From assembly GCA_010909165.1 (NCBI GenBank), contig MU008179.1, positions 124,001 through 188,000 of the forward strand: DNA of 64,000 nt, written 5' to 3'. Every line of letters starts with the position of its first letter. Positions within the stretch are counted from its first letter, which is position 1. Source of the DNA: Anthoceros angustus (lineage: Eukaryota; Plantae; Anthocerotophyta). This document shows positions 1-11,399 of this stretch, piece by piece. The notes below the pieces were generated by a model. It saw nothing but the letters and a program-made list of their open reading frames with translations. It was not told the DNA's origin and did no database searches. The position numbers and the translations under genes are program-made.

Positions 1-217
1 TCTTAAGACCTCAAGGTCACACCGCAAAGACACACTACATTAATAAAGAACAAGGCCTAGAAGCTCCACTTCAAGGTCCGACAACCGCCGATACCACCGT
101 GATAGACCAACAATGCCTCCAACTTATCCAACAAAATCAGACGCGACCTCATCTAATGACCATTCCTCGATTGACACTCTAGTCTTCTTGTCAACACAGC
201 AATGACCTGCAATTTAC

Positions 218-958
218 GTGATTCATCCCACGAATACTTCTTTTCTAGCTTTAAGAGCTGCCTCAGCTCACTATGACTTGGCAATGGATGTGTTGACAAA
301 TGAAGGACTTTCCTTTGATGACGTTCCACCCGGTGAAGGGCACTTTCATCCTCCTTCTGCACCTTCGATTCTTCCAATCCCTCTGACATTTCCTCAAAAC
401 CCACGAGCCACCTCCTCGGTGCCCAAAGGGTCCCCACGGTTTGGGGCCTACCCACAAGACATCTTTAATGGTCTCGGTCGAATTGACGACTGTGGTTTTC
501 TGTCAGGACTCTACATTGTTCGCCATCTTCCTCCCCACAAGCTACCCTCCCTCACAGATGCTAACCCTCTCCTAGCACGTCCCACCCGGCGCATGGAGTC
601 ACACCACCGCCCACGCACACCCGCACCCCACACACACGCACCCCACACCCTAAAACCCGCACTCCGCACTCACACACCAAGCACCCCACACCAGAAACAC
701 ACACCCACTCCCACCCACACCCACACCCACACCCGCACCACACACACCCACACCCTAAAGCCCAAACACCCGCACCCCACACCCACACCCACACCCGCAC
801 CCGCACTGCACTCCGCTGAAGCTTCCGCCACCGTCACATCCGAGGCCCCGCCTCCCACTTCACATGACGGCGAGCAATCGCTGCCGCCATACAAAATCTA
901 TCTCCAAAACAAGGATTGGCCAAACGAACCTCTTTATCACCACTCACCCGGTCAATGA
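218..958 (+). CDS. Uncharacterised ORF with Pro/Thr/His low-complexity tract; may be non-coding or TE-derived
   Basis: 246-codon ORF from the track, partly explained by an (ACACCC)-like repeat; no recognisable domain. Confidence 0.15.
   Translation: MIHPTNTSFLALRAASAHYDLAMDVLTNEGLSFDDVPPGEGHFHPPSAPSILPIPLTFPQNPRATSSVPKGSPRFGAYPQDIFNGLGRIDDCGFLSGLYIVRHLPPHKLPSLTDANPLLARPTRRMESHHRPRTPAPHTHAPHTLKPALRTHTPSTPHQKHTPTPTHTHTHTRTTHTHTLKPKHPHPTPTPTPAPALHSAEASATVTSEAPPPTSHDGEQSLPPYKIYLQNKDWPNEPLYHHSPGQ
596..812. repeat. CA-rich degenerate microsatellite (ACACCC/ACACCCGC-like)
   Basis: Directly visible runs such as cacacccacacccacacccgcacc. Confidence 0.85.
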
Positions 959-1914
959 CCACTTTCTTGCCCTTTTTCATACACTGTGGTTAGCTCTCAC
1001 CTTGCAATTAATTTTTATACTATGACTTTTATAGAATACATATTTTTCATATACATTCCCATGTATGTAAAACTCTTTTAACTTCACTTTTCATTAAATC
1101 TCATCACATATATTTTTCTAAAATTATTTTAGCCAAGGACATGATTTTCTCAAGAAGTAAATCATCCTTAATTTTTACTGGTGAATCATTTTTCACATTT
1201 TCTTTTGCTAATTCTATAGACCTCAACACTATCTACAACTTTGCTTCACATTGTACATGTAAAACTCGGAATGAAGGTCCTTCTTTTCAAATCCTTGTAC
1301 TAAAACTATTTATGAGCTTTGTCATTTTTATATCCTTCATGCTCCATCCAATGAAGATGAGACTTGGTAAGTGTTTCATACTACCTCTTGAGAGCACTCA
1401 AAAATAGGGAGTCTAATATTGTTGTCATTTGAGATATTTTAAATTCTTCTAAGGGTGACAAAAAGTGACACGTGTCTCTTGTTTCGTCTACACCACTAAT
1501 AGTGAATAACCAAACCATGCATGGACCCATTATGGGTTCAGTTTGAATTCCCGTAAACATCTCTATTCCATTGACAAAAAGCGATTAGGGATAAGTTGAA
1601 TGAATGCTGGGCTTCATCGAGCCACCCAAAGTGCACCAAGACAGTGTGAAAGAGCGGTGAGGACATCGGGCCCTTGGACATGGAAGGTGTCAATTCGGGA
1701 GATGAGTGAAAAAGATGTATGAAGTGGAGGCAAACATCGGGTGGACACTAGACAAGAGGGTTTGCTCTCGACCGCCGGGCGGTGGCCGACCGCCATGTTA
1801 GGGTCAAAGTGGAGCTCAAGCGTTAGTGATAGGAATGACGTTGGTGCTATCATTGTGACTGGAAGTTGAAGAAGCAGGAGTCACTCCCCCGTCAGAGGTT
1901 GCGTGTCGGTGACA

Positions 1915-2111
1915 TGGTTCACGGAGTAACCTCACTCGCTTAGGGTTTACCCCTGGTAGTTTGTGGTTAGTTTAGTTAAGTTAATTATTCAAGGGTCACT
2001 TAGCGAAGAGGTGCCTAGCATAGATATATGCTCCCTTTACATTACTTTGTTATTATTATTGTTTTCTATTGTCTTATGATTATTTATCTCTCTTGCTCTC
2101 CATTTATATCA
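1915..2111 (+). repeat. 5' LTR of copia element
   Basis: Matches 6360-6546; immediately followed by the tRNA-iMet PBS. Confidence 0.92.
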
Positions 2112-2123
2112 TGGTATCAGAGC
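2112..2123 (+). other. Primer-binding site complementary to tRNA-iMet
   Basis: TGGTATCAGAGC directly after the LTR-terminal CA. Confidence 0.92.
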
Positions 2124-2984
2124 ATGGTTCTTTATGATCATGTGTGGATGATGACCAGACCCACGTATGGACTGGCATCAATCGATCCTATCAAATTTCC
2201 GTTGCGTAGGAGCATGAGAGATTCCTTACGAAATTATATATGGAATTCCAGTGATTCCAACCAAGAATTTTATTAAGAGAACAAAACTGACAATTGTTGT
2301 AGAGGAAGAGCAACAGGGACTTCAGCGAAGTCACACGATTATTTCTAAATAATTTAGGAACTATGCTCAAGCCCGGATTGCCCCTCCTGCACACAACTGT
2401 CAGTCACAATGTCTAAATAATTACAGATATGATTGCTGCACCCCTTCTACAGCATGCCTCATCGTAGGCGAAGTCGCCGTAACTCTGCAGAGATATCTGC
2501 ACAAAATCGGCACTCACACGCCTAATCGCCTCAATTACAGCAAGGATCTGTTGTACCAGGAATTAACAAATTGGGTGATGCTGTGGAAGATGACTACCTG
2601 CTTTGGCGCATTAACAATTTGCAGGATCAGTTGATCCATGTGCTCCTTAGGCAGGATGCACAAATTGTGCAATTGAGTTCAACTGTAATTGCAAAAATTG
2701 ATCATATCAGTGGACAACTGGATCAGATTTGTGAGCGCCAAGAGCTTCTCCTCAAGGAGTTCCAGCAATTGGATCTTCCTGCACCCCTGTCCATGGTGCA
2801 GCCAGCAGTGGGATTGTATCTCCCAACCCTGCTGCCCACTCCTAGAAAGTCGGATGCACAAAACAGTTAGGGTTTTCACATGAATGTCCAACTCATGTGA
2901 ACCGGTATACCCCTTAGAGTTAGGGTTTTCTGGTCCCTACCGTTTCGGTGTTGCCATGTCTCTTAGTGTCCCTTGAAGCCTCCC

Positions 2985-3185
2985 TTCCCGAATATATGCC
3001 CTGTTCAGAGAATAGATTAGAGAATGACTGATTAACGAATTCTGTGCCATTATCAGATCTGAAGATTTTTAGCAAGCAGCCTGTTTGACGCTGTGCGGTA
3101 ATGAGCCAGTCTTGGGTCGTTCCCATTCACATTCAAGAATATGTGATTCCAGACCCATCCACTGAGACAGCTGGGATTGGAAGGA
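2985..3185 (-). pseudogene. Inverted copia integrase core fragment
   Basis: Minus-strand QRQTGCLLKIFRSDNGTEFVNQSFSNLFSEQGI (RSDNGxEF motif); the rest of pol is on the plus strand. Confidence 0.8.
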
Positions 3186-3249
3186 AAAAGGGTGGGAAGG
3201 CAAATTTCCCGAAGAATGTTCAAGAAGTCTTCAAGAATGTTCAAGAATG

Positions 3250-5640
3250 TGCCGAACGCAAAAACCAAACCTTGATGGGAATGACGCGTGCGTTATGTTG
3301 TGGTCGCCTCCTGCCTCCATCATCGGGCGTGTCGTAGTCATCGCTACTTACATCCTTAACAGATTGCCCACAAGTTCTCTTGCTGCTAGGACTCCTTTTG
3401 AGATTTTCTGGAAGCGGAAGCCCAGCCTTCTTCATCTCAGAATCTTTGGCTCAAAAGCCTACGCTTATGTTCCTGCAGAGAAACGCAGGAAATTAGACAA
3501 CCGATCAAGACAATTAGTTTTTGTTGGCTACAGTGAAACTGTGAAAGCCTACAAGCTCTTTGACCCTGCTACCCTACAACCAGTTCTGGCACGTAGTGTC
3601 ACTTTCTTGGAGTCTTTGCAATCTGCTCACATTGCTATTCAGAATGATTCCCTTGAGCAACCATCCACCTGTGGAGAAGCGGTGATGTAGACGGCTCCAG
3701 TGTCTCTGCCTTTTATATCCTGTGGATGCCCGCTTATGCCCGCCCTTGACTTACCAAAGCAGAGAACCGTAACAAAATAATGCCTTTGACCGTGTCAACC
3801 GCCAGCCAAGAGATCGATCACTGCGGCGTGGACAGATCTGACAACCCGCTATGGCAGAACCGATCTTAGATCCCGATCCATTTGGGCTCAATGGCTTATT
3901 TGAGATGCGTAAATGGACATTGAAAACGCCCCACAATTTGCCACCGACTTACCACCGATGACTTGTATATACCGCTCGGCCATTGCCCATGACCCTCCTC
4001 AAGATGAAGACGCGGACTCGCTTCTTCTCACTGCACCTCCACCCTCCGTCGGAGGAACCTCCATATGCCCTTGATTGATTTACATACGGCTTGTCTCCTC
4101 TCCTCCAAGAGTCCCTCTCGAACCTGCTACTTCACGAGGCCTTGACAGCCGACAAAGCTAAATGGCAATTTGTCACGATGATGAGTTTAATAGTCTCATC
4201 AAAATGGCACTTGGCGTCGGGTTCTCGACCGCAAACCGAAGGCTATCACCTGTAAATGGGTGTTTAAACACAAGCTGAATGCTGAAGGGCACATAGCCCG
4301 TTACAAAGCCAGATTGTGTGCAGGGGGGTTTACCCAAATTGCTGGTTTGGATTACCAGGAGACGTTTTCTCCAGTGGTGCGTGCTCAGTCCATCCGCATT
4401 ATCCTGGCCCTCGCTGCAGAGTACGACTTGGAATTGCAGCAGATGGATGTCTGCACGGCTTTCCTCCATGGGCTTCTTGAGGAGGAGCTGTACATGGAGC
4501 AGCCGGAAGGATATGTTGATCCTGCACATCCAGACCACGTTTGCCTTCTCATCAAGTGCTTATATGGATTAAAGCAGAGTGCAGAATGCTGGTACAAGAG
4601 ATGTGATACAACCCTGAAAACCTTGGGTTTTGAACAGTGCAAAGCCGATTCCAATGTGTACGTCTTCAGAGATGGCACCACCTATGTCATTCTAGCTCTC
4701 TACGTGGATGACGTGATCCTTGCTGCCAGCAATCCGAGTATCCTGTCACACGTGAAGGCTATGTTAAGGAAGACGTTTGAAATGACTGACAGTGGAGATC
4801 TACTTTTCTGCTTGGGGATACAAGTACTTCGAGTTAGATCTGAGGGTCTTCTCATTATCCATCAACACAAGTATGTTGCTGAGATTATACACAAATTTAA
4901 TATGGGACAAGCTCATCCCTCCTCTACTCCAGGCTCTGTAGGCGCTAAACTTACCCGATATGAGTGTCTCACGAGATGTCTTGACCGCTTGACATGCAGG
5001 ATGTTCCCTATCGCCAGCCGTTGGGCGCTTTTTGTCAAGAATTGGACGCGCACATACAACATTCAACAATCGATGTCCCGCTTTTGATAACCCCGTCGTG
5101 CTCACCGGATCGTGGAACGTATTCACGTTACCTCAAAGGCTCGCCATACCGACTATCGCCGAGGAGCACACCAACCCCCCTCGACTCACTCTTGAAGGAT
5201 ATACCGACGCTGATTGGGCCTCGGATAGTGACTCAAGAGTTTATCCACTTATGCTTTTCTCCTTGCCCAAAGGGCTTCCATCACTGGAGTCGCAAGAAAC
5301 AGACTAGTATCATCAAAGACCGGTCAGTACAAATCCTTACCGATGCTACTAAGGAAGTGGAATGGGAGCGGTCTTTCTTACATGACCTTGGGCATACACT
5401 GGCCCCACTCACCTCTATTGCGATAATCAGTCTGCCATCGCCCTTATTGCCAACCCCCGATTCCACGCCGCACAAAACATATTGAAGTCCATCACCACTA
5501 TGTTAGAGATCTTTGCTGCGAGGGGGTTAGTTAAAATTCTCTATGTGCCTACAGAGAATAACACAGCAGACATCCTAACAAAGGCTCTACCAAAGGATAA
5601 GCATCAAGCACATGCGTCACTTGATGGACTTTCAAAAGAC
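3250..5640 (+). pseudogene. copia pol remnant: integrase C-terminus, reverse transcriptase, RNase H
   Basis: AERKNQTL, LNRLPT, HLRIFGSKAY; KWVFKHK, RYKARL, QMDVCTAFLHG, LYGLKQS, YVDD; GYTDADWA, NTADILTKAL. Several frameshifts. Confidence 0.93.
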
Positions 5641-6359
5641 TATTTCAAACCTCGCAGCTTAACATACCGCAAAACCGGACTTACGGTGAGGCTGAGTCCT
5701 CGAGATTGTGGAGTATAGCTCTTCCTTTTGTGTTCTTATGTGCCCGTTGTCACCGGATGTGAGGGTTCCGCCACACCACAATACCGCCTGAAACTGGAAA
5801 CAACGATCCCGAAAACAGTCGTGGATGAAGCTCGACGTTAACCTAATCAGCCTCGGGTTTCTCCCGACTGTCTCTTCTTCTGCAAGATCTTCAAAAGAAC
5901 CCAAGCAATCTATGTGCCTCCTGGCGGCCTCATCATTTTTCATCGCGATATCGGCTGGAGTTCTCCCGCTCTTCGGTTTGGCCCAAAGACAAGGTCACGT
6001 TGAACAGCACTTTCCAGCCGCTGACCCTTAAACTGGTCTCCACCACATGGGTTTCACCCCACTTTTCCTCCGTTCGGACGCTTAGCGAGCTCTCCCACTC
6101 GCCATTCTTACTGGCTCGATGCACGACTCCTGTGCATCGACGCAGATTGCTCTTACGACTTGGGCGCACAGGAAGATGGTTGTGAGGAGCGCTGCGTGGT
6201 GATGCGGGAGTTATTCTCTCTTCTTCCTCACCGTCCTTTCCGAGTGATGAGTGTCGCTTATTACGCCTCGTGCCTCTCCTCTCCTCGTGGTCGCCCTTCC
6301 TTCGCTCGACTCGTGCTCGGTCCCGCCATAACGCCTAAGCTCCCTCGCTTAAGGGAGGG

Positions 6360-6546
6360 TGTTCACGAGTAACCTCACTCGCTTAGGGTTTACCTGGTAG
6401 TTTGTGGTTAGTTTAGTTAAGTTAATTATTCAAGGGTCACTTAGCGAAGAGGTGCCTAGCATAGATATATGCTCCTTTACATTACTTTGTTATTATTGTT
6501 TTCTATTGTCTTATGATTATTTATCTCTTGCTCTCCATTTATATCA
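6360..6546 (+). repeat. 3' LTR of copia element
   Basis: TG...CA ends, preceded by the PPT. Confidence 0.92.
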
Positions 6547-6559
6547 CATGGCGGGGCGC

Positions 6560-7950
6560 CGCCCGCCATTCACCATCCTCTAGTAGCATGGAAACCGCTT
6601 TTCCGCACGGTCCTGTGTACATTTTTTGTTAAACCAGATATAACCCATCCGTACGCATGCCTAAATCCTACATCGTGGAAACCCGAGTTGAAGGCGCGCC
6701 CACCGGCTACGGCCCACGCCCCTTCTTGCCAAAAACAAGACTATGGGTTCGAGCGGTCGGAAAGAAGCACCATTCTTTACCAATGATATTTGTGAAGATT
6801 ACTGCAATGTCTTCAAAAGACCTTGTTTATTTAGGCGGCCTCATCAACCGTTCCTTTTAGTCCTTCCGGTACTTATGGTAAGCAAGCATGGGTCGACATT
6901 ATGCCAAATGGCGAACTCGCCCCTAACCCCTTTGTGTGATGGAGACACCTTGGGACGCGTCAATTTCATCCCTTATGACCCTTATTTTCAGGCCTTTTTG
7001 GGCGATGTTGCCCAAAGCGTGAATACCCATCCCAAACCCCCTTCCGGCGATATTTGGATGAAAACCCCCTTACTGTATATTAACCCCCTTCCAAGATTAG
7101 CATGTTCACCCCATCGCCTCCGCGCTCATCCAAAGTGCTTCTGCGTCCGCGCACATCTGGTCTTGTTCAGATGGGGTTTGGATGCAAAGCCATTCCGCTA
7201 CAATTGCAGACCATGCTCCACAACGCGGAGATTTGGAATCACGCTCAAGGATTTCTTCACCATCATGTGGTCGCGGCACGACAATGTGTCGTGGTATATG
7301 GGTAAACAAGGAATGAGTAAAAGGATCACCGCAGCGGTGGTCATCCACCCGCTTCGATTTACCAATCACCGCTTTAGATTGTCAATGAGCAAATGTTTCA
7401 AAAGATCCCTCCGTGAAGAGTGCCAATGCTCAAACATGAATGCCGGAGGGCTAGCAACAAGGGCCACGCTCAGCGGATAGCACCGACACTGCAAGACCGG
7501 CCATCCGTGTCGAGGTTGCCGTACATGTATGCCTCACTACAAGTCAAAGCACAACTGCTCTTCACGAGTCCAACAAGTAAAACGCAACTATGCTTGTCAA
7601 TCGGGTCCTCCACGCACATCCCCACCAAACGATTCGATGCTAGATATTGTTTCGATGTCCACCCATGCCGGGGAGTCCACGGTGGATCATACTTCTGGCC
7701 AACGACTCAATGGGAGCCCGCTTCTTCCCCATCATCGTGCCCAAATGCGAGTGCACCTGTGTCATCGTCGCGCCTCGCCCATGACGCCTCTGCAGCTTTT
7801 CACCATCCGCCAATGCACCGCACACATCTCCCACAACACCAAACATCGGGGCTCCATCACATCTCCGGATGTGGCTCTCTTGCCGAATGCACGCCGCTTG
7901 AGCCAAAAACCGCCGCCACCGCCGCTGAGTTCACCATCGGCTCTTTAAAC
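6560..7950 (-). pseudogene. Degenerate coding-like region of unknown function downstream of MTase copy 1
   Basis: Protein-like stretches on the minus strand (QKYDPPWTPRHGWTSKQYLASNRL; EGGLGWGIHALGNIA after a frameshift); no firm domain. Confidence 0.3.
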
Positions 7951-7989
7951 GCCTGGGTCCCGTGATAGCCTTCGATCTCTCCCACCTCC

Positions 7990-9715
7990 TCCTCCTCGCT
8001 CGCCAGGCCCAAATTCAATCGTAGATCCATGAACCGAATCGCCTGGGATCCACGCTATTGAAATGACACGCGCCTGCACTTGATAGCGCAACCATTCGAC
8101 CCGAGCGCACACCCGCCTAAGACCCACTCGCCTTCCATACTGTATAGCTCAATGAGCTTCTTCAACAACTGATGGGCTTTTGATATGGGCATACCACCTA
8201 TCATCTCGTGTTATAACACGCTTATGTTCCATCGCTTCTCTCGAAAAGCAAGATGTCAACCTTTCCATCTTTCATAACAAATGCAGAAGACGAGAGAGAA
8301 ATGTTGCCGACAATCCCGCTTGAGGGCGCCCCGTGGTGATGTAATCACCGCATCATACAACTTGTCCGCTCCAATAGCTTTCACATTGGTTTTGTGCCAA
8401 GCTAACCGACACCTCCTTTACATGTTGCAAGCAATACATCCGGACCATTGACATATCATCCGCGAATGAAATACCACGATTCTAAATACCTCGACGCCAG
8501 TGATGCCCTCGAACCGCATGATGACGTTTTCAAACTCAATCGAACGCGTGTCATACTCTCGAGTTAGCATCCGGACCCAACCCTCTTGGCAAGTCCAAGC
8601 AACATAGCATACCGGGTTCCACAACCGGGCCATCCTCACGATGTTCCCACATATTATGCCTACCTTGCCGGATCTCCCAAAGGTCATCTCTCGAATGTCT
8701 TTAACTTGTCGGGACTTATGCGGTCTCCAACAACCGCCGTTGCTCATCCTCCATTATTTTCCATGCTTTGGCCTTCATAACGTGTTCCTTGAAATTGTCT
8801 CGGGAGTGCACTCCACTCAAGACAAGCATTCGCCGCAAAAGGGCAAAGCACCACGTTAGACAAGAACATCGCGCAAGTGAAGCAAGCAAAGCCACCAAGC
8901 GCTCATACATGAAATGATCTCAAATGCACCTACGGTGTGGAACGCAAGCGACCCATGACCATAGTTTTGAACGAAGTTGGCCGATCCGCTCGACAAGACT
9001 GTATTGAGGGTAGCGCCCTAACTCGCTCAAAGGTCTCATGCTCAGTTCTTTGCAAGTGTGACGTGGATGAGGTTCAATTTTTGGCTTTCTCCACCACCCT
9101 TGCATTTGCCTCAAACTCATTTCTCCGCATGTAACCTTCATGCGCCTTAAGGTTGTTGTTGCTCAGCAGTAATGTTCGATACCCGGAAACACTTCCACAC
9201 TCTCACCGGCACATCCGCTTTAACCTCAATGACCACAAGGTCTCTCACAGTAGGTGTGTTCCGTGTCCTCCTCGTGGCCTTTGTCTGCTTTGTTGCTGGC
9301 CGCATCCACTGCTCCTAATCGCTTACATTCCCAAATATCTCGCCCACATACCTCCGCATTTCTTCATCAACTTTTGCCACACAAAGAGTCCGTGCTGTCC
9401 ACAAGCCCGTGATACTGCCTTGGGGCCATGCTTTGTTGCATCCCACTTTGGGATCCCCGCCCAGCGCATACACATCCAGCCTTCGCCGCACTTCAAACCT
9501 TTCGATCTCCTAGATAGCAACTCACTTCTAATGTAACGACTCGGTCCATGAAAGTAAATGTCTTTCTTGCATCCGCGATCGTGTTGTGGTCCGTCTACAT
9601 CCTCCCCTCCGAGTCCAGCTAGGACATATGCATCCATCCACTTGTACTCTCCTTGGTGGAGTGCAGATGAGACAGACGTAAAGTCGCGGGGCCTCGTCTG
9701 GGGCCTCAGCTACCA
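7990..9715 (-). pseudogene. Beta-class DNA amino-methyltransferase (N6_N4_Mtase-like) with long N-terminal extension, copy 1, frameshifted
   Basis: Reconstructed order: GIICGNI, CLDLPRG (8581-8595), WHKTN, VVCPYQKPI (8174-8191), LKKLIELYSMEGEWVL, degenerate GCxxSGS. Catalytic motifs precede the SAM-binding motif I, which is the beta permutation. Colinear with copy 2. Confidence 0.75.
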
Positions 9716-9802
9716 CTGGTTTTGAGTGTGTAAATTTTTAGAGAGAGAGAATTGACCTTTTGGTCATTATTTTACCCATAGAGTAAAATTCATTGATAGT
9801 AG

Positions 9803-9872
9803 AAAATCATCTACCATCAAGGTACAAAACAACCGAACCATCCAAGTGGTAAAATCATCTACCATCAAGGTA
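9803..9872. repeat. 22-bp direct repeat AAAATCATCTACCATCAAGGTA x2
   Basis: Identical copies at 9803-9824 and 9851-9872. Confidence 0.9.
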
Positions 9873-10244
9873 GAAAATAGAGCACTAGAGTAGAAAACAT
9901 GACGACCAAGTGAATACCACCGGGTCTAGAAGCTCATTCTAGAAATCCCACCAAAATCGCTAATGACAAAAACATTGTTAAATAATATTCATGCGGATCC
10001 GTGATACAAAAACCAACAAAGAAACCTTTTCTTTGCGAGTTTCTATCCGTAATGGCATGAAATACAAATTCAACTAATGAAGAGTAAATACCGAATAGAT
10101 TGAACTCGCTAGATTGAACTCTACTTCAACAACAATGGAACCTACAAACAAAACGAAAAAAAGACACAAACCGTGATTAGGTGATACTAGAAAACACCGG
10201 AAATAATCATAGCAAATACTTAGAAATGATACTCACCTTATTTA

Positions 10245-11300
10245 GGAAATTGATCGTATAATTATATGATTGAAAACGTAATTTTCACGACCACTTGGCT
10301 TGATTGTACAAAGATCATTCTTGGCAACCAATTGATGAAGCCGAGGACTTGGACGAAATTGTCCACTTCCGCAAGGTGACAACCTAATAAAATACAACCA
10401 TTGATTTTCAATGTACTGATTAATAAAGAGCATAAGAAAACTTACCAATCCCGACGATTTTCGAGATAGGCAAATATCTCGACACATTCTTCTCGCCTCG
10501 TTTTCTTTCCACTGCAGCCTTGAACCTCTTGCTCTATCTGCCGCTCGCTTTCTTGATGCTTAATGTGCTCTTGTCTCTCCACATTTCTCCGCCTGATCTC
10601 AGGGCTTTCTCTTTGCTTAGAGACTCGAATTCAACTGCTTACTGCCTCTCTATAAGAGCCTCCAAATCCTTTTGCTGAAACTCCAATTCGTCCTATCATA
10701 CTCCAATTCCGCATCAATCTCGAAGCCGCCAAAGCCACTTCCATTTCCATTTGCACACAGTGCAATACAATATCCAGGTGCTACCACGCCACATCATTCC
10801 GGTTAACGGATGACCGATCACACTCACTATGCACAATGCCCTCCAACAGGGACCACGCATCCACTTCCCTCGAGTGTATCAATGTTGAAATGAGGGATGA
10901 AGGTCGCTTCCACTAGTCGCAGGATTCACAACCGCCAAGATAAACATAATCGAAACTCCAAAAGAAGTGAAAACAACAAATGACAAAGAATCAACCTTGT
11001 CAACATATGGAATTTCACTAGAACACCCAGTTGTTGGTCGTTATCCATCCGATGCCTTGGCCACGCTGGGAGGTATGTTTGCAACCAAAAACACCACCTC
11101 CCACCGCCCATAACAGAGACCAAGATGATTAAAACAGATCCAACATGGCGATCGCAACCAAGGAACTCGACAATACCAACTCGAACTTGGACACAAGTGG
11201 ACCACATGGTGCGGAAAACTCGTTCGGTCCGACATTGTTCAAAGGTCTTCATGATGAACAACAGGAGTTGCAAGAGACCTAACACACAAAACAAGTGACA
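10245..11300 (-). pseudogene. Spliced exons: possible 3' part of the YR gene or a separate coiled-coil gene
   Basis: EIFAYLENRRDW|GTAAG intron ...ATTAG|LSPCGSGQFRPSPRLHQLVAKND...RSIS*; E/Q/K-rich frame at 10450-10740. Confidence 0.35.
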
Positions 11301-11399
11301 CGGATTAGTCAAAACAAGTCCCTACAAACTTGCAACAAATCTCAAACACTTACATTGTTAACTTGTTGCACTCGCAAGTGCCGATCTTCAGCCGACTAG

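Larger units (their letters stand above)
1915..6546 (+). mobile_element. Ty1/copia LTR retrotransposon, internally rearranged, probably non-autonomous
   Basis: Paired ~190-bp LTRs ending ATATCA; PBS TGGTATCAGAGC at 2112-2123; PPT AAGGGAGGG at 6351-6359; INT-RT-RH order; candidate TSD CATGG (1913-1917 and 6547-6551, needs a 2-nt loss at the 5' LTR start). Confidence 0.92.

Noticed and set aside
1494-1504. CACTA-A-TAGTG resembling fused CACTA termini
   Set aside because: Only 11 bp, with no TSD or subterminal repeats; expected by chance.
2860-2930. TTAGGGTTT motifs as interstitial telomere
   Set aside because: These are isolated single telo-box motifs, not tandem telomeric repeats.
5690-5790. 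SGDNG and YTPQS words on the minus strand as a second inverted integrase piece
   Set aside because: The motifs are short, in different frames and wrongly spaced; insufficient support.
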